A DNA stretch of 63,931 bases, the filler included, from Choristocarpus tenellus KU-1152 (taxonomy: Eukaryota > Protista > Phaeophyceae), in NCBI GenBank assembly GCA_964200185.2. It is 7 parts of 7 records of this genome, joined end to end, with 100 filler letters (N's around TTAATTAATTAA, not from the genome) between each part and the next. Parts side by side here need not be neighbours in the genome. Positions count along the whole stretch, not along the records: positions 21,630 to 31,462 come from CAXNAD020003349.1; positions 31,563 to 37,529 come from CAXNAD020009298.1; positions 37,630 to 53,080 come from CAXNAD020000998.1; 4 more parts are not named here. One strand, written 5' to 3'. Within the stretch, counting starts at the first letter, position 1; each line of letters begins with the position of its first letter. Under the pieces are notes generated by a model. That model did not search any database and had not been told where the DNA came from. It saw only the letters and a list, made by a program, of their open reading frames with translations. This document shows positions 26,526-37,858 of this stretch, piece by piece. Both the position numbers and the translations under genes were made by a program.

Positions 26526-27762
26526 GTATGGGAAGATGACGGGACTCTACAATGGGAATTGCGTCAGTCAGAAGTAGCTTATGTGGAAGGGTTTCTTAGT
26601 AATATCTGCAAAGGAATTTTCAAGGGGGCACAACCGCAATCCAGGCAGTTGGTGGTGATTGAGCCTTTATCAGAGTACAACTTGGAATTGGGAAATGTCG
26701 TTGGAGTTGCCAGAGGTGTACAATAGTGGGAAGTAGGTACCCCCATCTATTGCAAACTAGTAAACATGTGAAACAAACGAAGTAGTGTGCAAGCAGGGTT
26801 GCCTGTTGCAAAAGCGATTGCTCTGAATACTCATGGTATGGAAAGGATGGTTACACTCTTTGAGACACTAACCAGACCCTCCCAAGATTCCAAAGAGCAC
26901 AGGTCATGCTTGCCACAACTAGTTTCCAGACAAGTCATTCTCAGGGGCCAGACAAGATCAGTGACTGTCCAGTAGAAGAGAAAGACGGCACTCCTTCAGA
27001 TGAAGCCACGGAGGTCTGGCATGAATCGGTGAGCATCTGTGATGCCAATATGGGACCGTTGAAACCAGGACAAAATGAACAGTTGGTGCGATTGTTAGAG
27101 GAATTTAGGAATTTAGGGGTATTCCCAGAAGACTCTAAAAGGGTTCCTTCATGTTTCAGAGGAGTATGGCAGATAGCACTCATAGACGAGAACTGTACAC
27201 CCGATGCAGCAAAGCAGCAGACTCAAGCATATGGGTTGTCTGTGAATTTCCCCTAATCCCTGTGGTGCATGCCCTCACAGGAATTTGTAGGGATGAGGGT
27301 GGATAGAGATGACCTGAGCCCCACCCTATCAAAAATTATTGCAGTAGCAAAACTCGATCCCCCGTCAACAGTTGAGCAGCTGAGAAGTTGTTGGGGCATG
27401 ACAGGATACATATACGACAGTTTATTCCGAACTATGGCCTGCTAGCTGCACCACTAACGGGCATTCTTCGGAATAAAGGGTATGCTTCCAAAAGAGACAG
27501 GAAGAAGAGTATCCCCTGGGGATCAGACAAGCAAAATGCATTTGAAGAACTTAAGGTGGGTCTGATTTCTCCACCAATTCTAGTCATTCCTGACCGGGAT
27601 AAACCGTCACTTCTCCATACAGATGCGAGTGAGGAAGGGGCTGGAGCAACTCTGACCCAGGTACAGGATGACGACCAGGAACATGTCATAGCATATGCTA
27701 GTCATAGATGGTCTAGAAGAGACAGTAGAAGAGCACCTACCGAAAGAGAATGCATGGCCATC
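26526..27762 (+). mobile_element. Ty3/Gypsy pol fragment C (pre-RT linker, deleted RT, RNase H)
   Basis: Reads 'EQLVRLLEEFRNLGVFP', 'RQFIPNYGLLAAPLT', 'QNAFEELKVGLISPPILVIPD' and 'LHTDASEEGAGATLTQ..VIAYASHRWS..TERECMAI'. Confidence 0.88.
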
Positions 27763-30700
27763 TGTTACAGCGTGCCCCCTGAACTCACCTCCACAGGATG
27801 TACAACTCAAATCCAATGACTTTGAAACGGCGCTATTGAGACTTTGCCCTTGATAACAGTTTGTTGGGTGTCAGATAGCCTTTTTCTCTTGATACTCCAC
27901 TCAGTGCTTAGCTCAAAGCTCGACTCAATGTCAATTTTAAGATTGAAAAAAACTGATAAAGGGGGGTAAAGGTGTTTTGACCAAAAGCCCTCTTATTATT
28001 TTCATCATCCACCCAATTTCTTTGGTCTTCTATGCAACTGCTCTATACGTACTCCATCATGAACCTTTATTCTGCAACTTCTTAGGAGCTTCAACATTTT
28101 CTTCTGTAATGTTACGTATGCATTACAAATGTTATTCTGTATCTTCTACCAAATCAGCATTTATTCTGTAAGGCTATGTGTTACTAATATCGTATATTGT
28201 TCGCACATGTTAGAACGCCAGAAACAAATGCTTGCACTATTCGTCTGTCACAAATGTTTGTGTTTGCTAAAACATGAGAAGAAATGCTTGCGCTATTCGC
28301 CTGTAACATGCCCCCCAGCGTGAACTAGCAATATATGTTTCACGCTTAACACAGACGACTGTCACCGGTGAGCACAGTAGATATCATCAATCACCTCAGA
28401 TCATCCTGTGGCAAGAAAAAAGGAAGAGTAAAAAGATATCGTACTCCTACTAGGTCCAAAACATCTATCCTTAACTTGGGGAAAATCTGTCTGCATCTAG
28501 CCTACTCTGAGGATATATTCACTCTTTCTAAAGTACAGCTTCCCTAGAGTACCAAGTATCATCCGATTATTGCCTGTCTCATGCCCCCCAGCACGAAGCA
28601 TACTGACGGCTGCTAGTGCGTAAAACAGGCAATAACATCAACGTCGGTCTCAACCAAAAAAAGGAAGGAAAAATAATAATAATAATAAAAGAAAGGAGGC
28701 AAGGGACAGAGGAGGGAGAACTTAAGCAATGTACAGCAAGATAAGTAAGGATGTACGGGGATACCAGGGCTGACAAAATGAGAAAACGAAATAATAGTGG
28801 AAAAAAGAAAAGAAAAGAGAAACATTAGCACCCTAAAAAAACTACTGCTTGGGCTGAATGGGTTACTTCATGTTTCTGACTTCTCCTGTCTTACGTTCTG
28901 CGGGGACTAGGACTGCCAATGTTTGATTCCGGTGTTCTTACATGAATGAGTTAGTCCTCACGTACCTTGCCTTCTGGATGTATAGCCGTTACCTGTTGGA
29001 TCATTTTTGGGAGAAGCGACTCATTTCGCTATTGTTCAATTCCTCTCAATCCCCACCATTAAACCATATCCTCCAGTAAGGTTACTTGAAGTCAAAAACT
29101 GTACATGTGTGCCACTTATCCCTTCCCTTCTCATCTTTCCATGACTTCCTTGACAGTGGTACCTGTGGGGAAAAGCCATAATGCATCCTCTCTAGACAAG
29201 GTTTTCCTTGGCGAGAGGTGTCAGTAGGACGTGGGCTCGTGTCTGGATTATAGAGGTCCCAGAGGGCATGGAAGACATCTAACTGTAGTGGGGTGAAGCT
29301 ATCTATAGCCTCTTTCTCGGTTACCCTCTGACAACGTTCCATTCTGATACTTCCCCCGGTACTCCCAGTGCCATACATTGGATGGCGACAACACTGCTTT
29401 CCTATCAGTAAGAGCGTACATAGGGGTCGCTACCACGGATTGCTCTGATAGACCCAGGTTTGATTCCCACACTAGTTGGGTGTATTCTTCTTGGAAGCTA
29501 TATCTCAGATGGATGGGCCTTATGTGGAAGGGTTTCACATAAGAAGCATGAACATTATGAGTGCGTGTTTGCCTACCCAGCAGTTCGACTGTCATGCTGC
29601 TACTCTGATGTGAAATTTCCTTTACAGTCCACGATCCCGTCCATCGTTCATGGACTAGCTTTCTGCCTACTCTTTGTCTCAGCTAGGTTTTCCCCATGGA
29701 TAGAGCTGTCCGCTTCTTTCACTAGAACTAGGTCACCTGGTTTGGATCCGAGTCCTGGGGAAGACCTAGCAATCAAAGCATTGGCTCCCTCTCTCTCTGT
29801 ATTTCTGTCTTGTAGGCATCCGTCTCTCCAGGACTTTTCGTACCTCCCTGAAGTTCTGTCTGCGTTGCTCAATAAAGGAATCCAATCCTCCAACCTCTAT
29901 GTCCCCATCCAATTTGGGTATGACGGCGTCTAGCTGTGTGCGGGGATCACGGCCAAACAAGACTCGGAAGGGGGTGGGGTTGAGAGGGTCAGATGGGTCT
30001 GGAGTAGTGCGTTGTTGTGCCCAACATGCCGGAGATACATACTCATCCCATCTATCTAGCCACTTCACACATAGTTCTGACAGGACTTCTAAAATCAGAC
30101 CTCCCATCTTTTCCAAAAGTATCTTAGAGGGTAGAGCCATGTCCGTTTGGGGGCCAAAATCCAATGTTGCGATTTTGATGTAAGTTTGGCTATCATGTTG
30201 TTAGAAAGTGTCAATATCCTTGTTCTGGACACGAACTTCTCACAACATACACATTTTACCTACTCCCATACATTTTGGAGTAGGAAAATGTCATAACAAA
30301 AACTGTGGGAAGTCAAGCACCAAACGAACAAACAGGGCAAAACTCGTACCCTCTAAGATACTTTCACTCTGTGGGGTGACCTGGGCTTAGGTCTGATGTA
30401 CCTAAATCCTGCAAACATACACCATCCAAGACAGGTCCTCGCGGTCCAGAATAGCTCTTGCTACAAGCTACTGACGGATAGTCAGGAAAAGACTCGTCGA
30501 TATCCAAACCTGATACTGTTGGTGAGGAGACTCGTGGCAGTCTATCCGGTACTTGGTGCTTCGAACCTGCTCGCCACTTCAGTTCCATGTCGTGGTCCAC
30601 AAGGCCGAGTGCCCACCTGTGGAGATTGGGGCTAAGTTCACGACTCTTGAAGAGCCAAGTCAGTGCTGAGCAGTCAGTGACTAGGGTGAATTTCCTACTA

Positions 30701-31462
30701 ACCCAAATGTAGGAGCGGAAGTGTTCTATCTAGCCCACAATATAGCCATGCATTCTCTTTCAGTGGGTGCTCTCCTACTGTCTGTTTTAGATCATCTATG
30801 TCTAGCATATGCAATGACATGTATATGTTCTTGGTCATCATCCTGTACCTGGGTCAGCGTTGCTCCAGCCCCTTCCTCACTCGCATCTGTATGGAGGAGG
30901 AACGGCTTATCCCAGTCAGGAAGACCAGGATTGGTGGAGAAACCAGACGCACCTTAAGTTCTTCAAAGGCCTTTTGCTCCTCTGGTCCCCAAGGGATATT
31001 TTCCTTCCTGTCTCTTTCGGAAGCATACCCTTATTCCGGAGGATGTCAGTTAGTGGTGCAGCTATTTGGCCATAGCTCGGAACAAACTGTTGCATGTATC
31101 CTGTCATGCCTAGGAAACTTCTTAGCTGCTCCACTGTAGATGGGGGATCAAGTTTTGCTACTACTATCGTTTTTGATGGAGCAGGGCTCAAGCCATCTCT
31201 GCCTACCTCCATTCCTACAAATTCTTGTGAGGGCATGCACCACAAGGATTTGGGAAAGTTCGCAGAGAGGCCATATTGCTTGAGTCTGGTCAGAAGGAGG
31301 CGAAGTTTGGTAATGTGCTCATCAAATAATGAACTATAGCGAAAAAGATCGTCTAGACAGTTTTGTACACCGTTTCCTTTGAGATCTCCTAAGGCCTCTG
31401 TTAAAGAAACTGGTGTTCCCAAGACTTGTGTATGTAAATAACTCGATTATTTCCTCATTATG
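27763..31462 (-). mobile_element. Ty3/Gypsy element B: RT, RNase H, integrase, 3'UTR, PPT, 3' LTR (27763-28308); 5' part lost at the gap
   Basis: RT 'NCLDDL..HITKLRLLLTRLKQYGLSANFPKS..LRSFLGMTGY'; RNase H at 30650-30900; integrase 'WDEYVSPACW..TPFRVLFGRDPRT'; GPY/F-like 'WTGSWTV..VHASYVKPF'. The LTR is the reverse complement of 26095-26525. Frameshifted. Confidence 0.92.
30117..30369. mobile_element. MITE family 2 copy inside a Gypsy pol
   Basis: AAAGTATCTTAGAGGGTA...TACCCTCTAAGATACTTTCACTC, with a body clearly similar to 20969-21233. Left tip and TSD are lost. Confidence 0.85.
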
Positions 31463-31731
31463 NNNNNNNNNNNNNNNNNNNNNNNNNNNNNNNNNNNNNN
31501 NNNNNNTTAATTAATTAANNNNNNNNNNNNNNNNNNNNNNNNNNNNNNNNNNNNNNNNNNNNCCCCCCCCTCCTTTCCTTGTGCTCCTGTTAAAAACGTC
31601 ATCAATCTTACGCACTTTGGTGCTGTGTTCACGATACAAATAAATAATAAATAAATATTTACATTAAATATTTACAATAAATAATACAATAAATACTGAA
31701 TGGAATAAAAAAAATCTGATGGCGGCAACAG

Positions 31732-34700
31732 CAGCAGTAACAACCAAGCCTCGGCTCATGGTAGGGCTGGGAGGAGCAATAAGTACAGCAGTGCGGGGGG
31801 AGGGGGAGGGGGAAGGCGCTGGTCGGAGAGCAGTCAGCACAGTGTGAACAGTCTCCATAACAGTGGAGCCAATAGGAGGGGGTCCATTGGGGGTACAATC
31901 TTTGAGAGCCCTTACATGAGTGTTGCTGCCCAGGTGAGCGTTTGGCACTGTGAGGTTTTTAATCACATACTTTTTTAATGCTGTTTTATTCATTATTATT
32001 ATTATTATTATTATCATTACTGCTATTCCTGATGATGTAAATATTTCATTTTTATGGTTTGTTTTTTCCTTTTTTTTAAAAAATCCTGTGAGTATTATTT
32101 ATTTTTCCGTGTGTTAACATTCCGTGGGGTGTGTGTTTGTTGTACGATACTATTTTTTTTCTGTATTAATGTAGATCTTGTGTGGCGTTTTCTTTAAAAA
32201 AAAATTTCGTAACAAGAATTGGATATTTTTTTGTCAACGGGGAAGGCAGGAGATATTTTTTGTTCTTACACTTATTAGGTTTAGGGTTGCTATGTTAAGA
32301 GTGTTGTGGATATGAGGCTATTGGGATTTGGGTCATAAGGTTAATAGGGTTATGGGTGCAAGGGTAATAGTGCTAGAGTAAGGGTTTTAAGGCTATTAGT
32401 AATAGGGTTACAAGGTTATCAGGGTTAGGGGTATAATAATAGTATTTTAGGGTAAAAATGTTACTAGGGTTAGGGTGCAAGGTAGTTAGTGGTCATGAAC
32501 AACAAATGAGTCCGCTGTGTTTTTTTCAAGTGAAATTTGATCAAATAATAAGGGTTTATGGGTGGTGTGTGTGTATTATATACTTTTGTGTAACTTTATT
32601 TAAACTTTATTTTTACTTTATTTAAATCCTGTATTTTTTCTTTTTTTAGGTTGGAAGTGTGTTGTTAGTGTAATGAAAAAATTGTTTTTGTTTTTTAAAA
32701 GACTACCTTTTATTAATTTTATTGATCGTTGATGATTGAATGTAGAAGGGATTCACATTTGAGAAATGATCATGTAATGATTTTATTTCTTTGGAAGGAA
32801 GGAGGTGTCCTGATTTGTTAAGAACAATTTCGTAATATACAACGGCGTGAAGGGAGAGGGGGGATGGGTGGGGGGGGGGGGGGGGGGGGGTTGGGGGGGG
32901 GGGGGGGGGGAGGAGAAGGCAATAATTGATTTAGTTTGAAGTAAATTTTATGCTCATGTATCATATACAGCAACCCCTCAAGAGAGATTGGTGCAGATGT
33001 ATGGGGCTTGGGAATGTTCTGAAAGTTTGTTGAATGGAAAGTAGTGACCCTTCCATTGGAGGTGTATGTACCGTTTGAGATGGTGGGGGGGAGGGGGGAC
33101 TATTACAGGTGTCAAGCTGATGCTTCCCTTTTCTTTTCTTTTCTTTTCTTTTCTTTTCTTTTCTTTTCTTTTCTTTTCTTTTCTTTTTTTGTGATTCTGT
33201 GGTAGAAGAGTGGGTTTTCGGAGAGATATAAAATGTTGACAGCGGTTGTACGCCGTAGGATGTGATTTGGTGTGATTTGATGTGATTTGATGTGATTTGA
33301 TGTGATTTGATGTGATTTGATGTGATTTGATGCGATGCGATCTGATGTGCCGTGGATGGCGTTGATGCCTTGTGTAGATCTCGTCGTGGCCTGCATTCTT
33401 TTTCTAAATAAAAACGGAAAAAAGAGGCTATATATATTTCCGGCTGCGTTTTTATGTTCTATTTTTTAAATTATTTATTATTATTTTTTTTGAGGGATGT
33501 GATGACCAAGGTGTGTTGAGCGATGGTATCGATTGGAGGAAATTAATGCAAACAAAAGTAAACCTATGTATGTGTCTATGTGTATGTGATTATAGTATAG
33601 GTGAGCGTATCTCAAAGTGTGGGAGCGAGGATGGAGGCGTTATTATTGTGTATTTTGATTATGAGGATGGAGGCGTTATTATTGTGTATTTTGATTATGA
33701 GGATGGAAGCGTTATTATTGTATATTTTGATTATGAGGATGGAAGCGTTATTATTGTATATTTTGATTATGAGGATGGAGGTGTTATTATAGTATATTTT
33801 GATTATGAGGATGGAGGTGTTATTATAGTATATTTTGATTATGAGGATGGAGGTGTTATTATAGTATATTTTGATTATGAGGATGGAGGCGTTATTATAG
33901 TATATTTTGATTATGAGGATGGAGGCATTATTATAGTACATTTTGATTATGCGGAACAAAGAGAGGTGTAGTATCCCCCGAGAGTCTTAAAGAGTCAAAA
34001 TTTGAGGACTTTTTGATATCTCGAGCCCTTGAGGGTATAGTATGTCATAGAGGATCTCGATGTGGATGTTGATCTGTTTGAGGTTGGAGGGTGTACCTTT
34101 TTTTAGTTCGCTCATTTTTTTTTTCAAACGTTTTTTTAGTTTTTTTGTAGTTTGTATCTCATGTTTTTTACGCATGGTGTATCCTGTTTGTGTTGCATTG
34201 TTTATGTTACGTGTTTTATTGTACTACATTTAAATAATGTTTTTATTGTACATTTAAAAAATGTTTTATTGTACTAGGGAGGCTACTGTCTTAAAAAAAA
34301 AACCCTTTTAAGTACACCATTTTATTTTTTTGTTGTGAGGTTTTTTGGCAGTGATACCCTAACCCCAATTCTAGAATGGTTCCTGTATAGTGTAATAATA
34401 TAAATAAACAAAATAATTTCGAGACACAGTACAATGTAGTACAATGTAGTAAGAAAGGAATTTTACACAACAGCATGCTATGAATAAAAAGAGAGGTGAA
34501 ATTAAATTAAAAATCAATAACAAATGTTAGAGAAAGACATCTTTTGCAGTGTATCAAAATCGGGTGTGAAAAGTTACAGACTTGGTGAATACAACGTGGT
34601 GTCTTTCTCATGCTATATGTGTCCAATTTGTGATATTATTGTGATATTATTTTTACTTGACATCACAGACCAAGCACCCATGTATGGGTGGGTATGTAGT

Positions 34701-36066
34701 GGTTACCATACTCAAACCGTTGCTCGAAAGCCGGTTATTATTTTTTTTGTAGATGTTCACCATAGGAGCTATATATCACCATGATGCGCAGTGGTTGTTA
34801 GTAATAAAAAAGTAGTCTTTTTTTCTTTGTTAAGAGTTTAGTGTACATGGATAGCTCTATGTTGTACATAGATAGCTCTATGGTGTATGTGGATAGCTCT
34901 AAAGTGTATGGTGTATGTTACAAAAATATTTTTGTTTTTTTAATTTTTAGTGATGAGTCGGGTATTGGGAACATTACGTCCAAGTTGAGGTATGTGGTCT
35001 GTGACGTCAAAAAAAAAAGAACCTGAGTCAGTCACACATTGCCTGAGAAAAAATGCACTGTATGTAACATGTTTTGTATTGATTTTCATGTAGCATATTT
35101 TGTACAGTACAAGAAACGTATCGAATTTTCTTCTGTTTGTTACATTTGAGTTCGAATTTGAAGGGGTTTCTAAAGTATTGGTATTTTATATTGTAGGTTC
35201 ATAGTACTTTGGTGCAGTACAGTTCAAATGCTGATTGAGGTTGGTGCATTTCAATAGTAATAATAATAGTAATATTAGTAATACTATAGTAGTAGTAGTG
35301 CTAATAGTAGTGCTAATAGCAGTAATCTCAGTAGAATTAATGGTAATAATACTGCTACTACTACTACTAATAGCAATGGCGTTTTGTTGATGGGTTTACT
35401 TGGCCTAGTCAAGAGTCTATCATTCTGCGATGGGTTTGTATCATCATGTAAATTGTACTGCTGTCTAAATTGGAACTCTGTTCACATATCTGGTACTAAA
35501 ACTAATTGTACTGTTCACATCCTTGGTACTAGTGGTTCTAGCTTGTGTCACTGGTACACATAGTACAGTTCACATACCTAGTACTCATGGTACTGTTCAC
35601 ATACCTGGTACTCATAGTACTTTTCACATCATTGGTACCTATTACTAATACTAGTACTAATACTAATACTACTATGCTGTTGTACTACTCTACAGTTCTT
35701 CCTCTGTTCAGTATCACCTCAAACAGTTTGCAGGGCGGAAAAAATTCCTTACCAGGAAGGCGTATCTTGTGACTTTGCAGCAGGTGTTGTAGTAGAATAG
35801 GCATAAATATACTAAAAACAGATTTTGTTAAGATTTTAGGTAACCTCATAATGAGTTTTTGCTAGAACTCCACAAAAAGAAGCTAAGGCTGATGAAACCT
35901 GATTGGAATATCTACCAAAAGGACAAAAGAATATATAATAAAGAATAGAGTCCCTTTACAGCAATGATATAGAATGATAGTATCTATTAGGGGTGGTTGC
36001 CTCTTAGTGATACTTCCGCCTTGGCTTTCTGGGTGGTACATGTTCCTGTAGCACACAGTTGTCCAC

Positions 36067-36107
<41 letters not shown>

Positions 36108-37468
36108 TATGTGTTTATGGTCACGTCGGTAGTGTATTGTCATAGGGTTAGGGTTTATTGGTTACTGCCAGTTTTAAGGGGTTTGATTGGTTGACTGGGA
36201 GAAAAAAAACGAAAGAATGATCCTAAGGTTTTTAATGAAGAGTGGATGGCGTGACCCTGCACATTATCGCAAAGCAATAGCAAGCTCTGTGCAAAGCTCT
36301 GTGCAATAGGTAACAAGGATTTCCTTGAAGACTAAATGCGTTTCTGAGACATAACCTGAATCCGGTAGACAGGATCTCCTGGAAGACTAAAGGCGTTTCC
36401 GAGACACAACCCCAATCTTATATGCTTGTTGAAGCCATCTAGTAACAACTGTACATGTTGGCATGCCCTCACCCGCTTATATATACGAGTGTGCTCTGAT
36501 GGAGTATTAGTTGTTGGTTGTTACTTCCTCTTGGGGATGAAGAAACTTCCACAAGTTGAAGTTGAAGTTGAAGTTGTTGTGCCCTTTTCTTGCGGATTTT
36601 TGTTTCTTTTTTTTGTTTTTTGGTGCATACATATATTTTTATTTTTCAAGCGCATTTTTGTTTGTGAAGCGGTTCTACTTGATGTGGTGTTACCCCATTG
36701 CACTTTCTAATTTTTGTTTTTTGCTTTCTCGGCTGTGGGTTTCCACAAATGGGGGAAGGGGGAGTGAGTGAGCCTTGTGTATCAGTGGAGGGCTTCTGAT
36801 GGGGATGGATGTTTGAACTGGGGTGTCGGGGTGTTTGTTTGCCTTCTATGATTCCCCAGGGTTGCAGCACATTTAATGATAATAATAGTAATAGTAGTAG
36901 TAACAATAATAATAATAGTAATGATAATGATAATACTACTACTAATATAACAATATTATAATAATAATAGTAATAACAATGATAGTACTGCTACTACTCA
37001 TATAATATTACTAGTATGATTTAATTAATACAGCAAAAAAATGTAAAAATAACACACACACACACACAAACTACACCAATGACAAGCACTATCCTTTCAC
37101 GCTATATATTTTTTTCTCTCTAAATTGCAAGAAACAGTTTTGTGTAAAAATAAATATCCTCTACTAAATTTTAGGAGACCCCTTGTACATGTGTAGAAAA
37201 AGAAAACTACGATGCAATAATAATAATAATAATGTTCAAATTTCATATAATAATAATAATAATAATATTCAAATTTCCACCTTTTTTTTTCTCTCTCGTT
37301 TCTTTTTTTTTGTTTTTATTTTGACAGGTGGTGCTGGTGTCCCCAGCCTTGTTGTACGCCTTTGCGGTTGTCTTGTGGTTGTTTGATGGAAAGGATATAG
37401 AGTATGCTCGAGAACTGGCGCCACTATCCTTTGCCGCACTGTGTGTGCATCTCTTTGCTGCTGGAGAG
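31732..37468 (+). CDS. Two internal exons of an unidentified, probably membrane, protein (partial)
   Basis: GC-richer exon about 31732-31933 (..SSNNQASAHGRAGRS..GSIGGTIFESPYMSVAAQ|GTGAGC; acceptor uncertain). It joins in phase 0 to exon 37328-37468 (pyrimidine tract+ACAG|VVLVSPALLYAFAVVLWLFDGKDIEYARELAPLSFAALCVHLFAAGE|GTGAAC), which has two hydrophobic segments. Confidence 0.55.
32276..32480 (+). repeat. Degenerate TTAGGG-like tract
   Basis: Scattered TTAGGG, TAAGGG and TATGGG variants. Confidence 0.5.
33127..33331. repeat. Microsatellites (TTTTC)n and (TGTGATTTGA)n
   Basis: Directly visible at 33127-33190 and 33261-33331. Confidence 0.9.
33627..33950. repeat. 36-bp minisatellite x9
   Basis: GAGGATGGAGGCGTTATTATTGTGTATTTTGATTAT in direct tandem, with no spacers. 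Confidence 0.95.
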
Positions 37469-37481
37469 GTGAACCCCCCTT

Positions 37482-37519
<38 letters not shown>

Positions 37520-37858
37520 ACCCCCCAACNNNNNNNNNNNNNNNNNNNNNNNNNNNNNNNNNNNNNNNNNNNNTTAATTAATTAANNNNNNNNNNNNNNN
37601 NNNNNNNNNNNNNNNNNNNNNNNNNNNNNCCCCCCCCCCCCCAGACACTTTGACACACCTTTGAGCGCCAAGGTCAAACAATATGTTAGGAACAAGAGAA
37701 TCTATTATTATAATTTTTGTCTCAATGAACTTGTGTGAAACCACTTTTGGAAAAACAAAGTACCCCAAATCTAACCCTAACCCTAACCCGTACAAATAGG
37801 GAGAACAAAATGCAGAACTATCAAGGGCAGTGATATGGGGTTAGGGTTATGACCACAC

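Noticed and set aside
33627-33950. CRISPR-like 36-bp repeats
   Set aside because: Units are directly adjacent with no unique spacers, there are no cas genes, and the context is eukaryotic.
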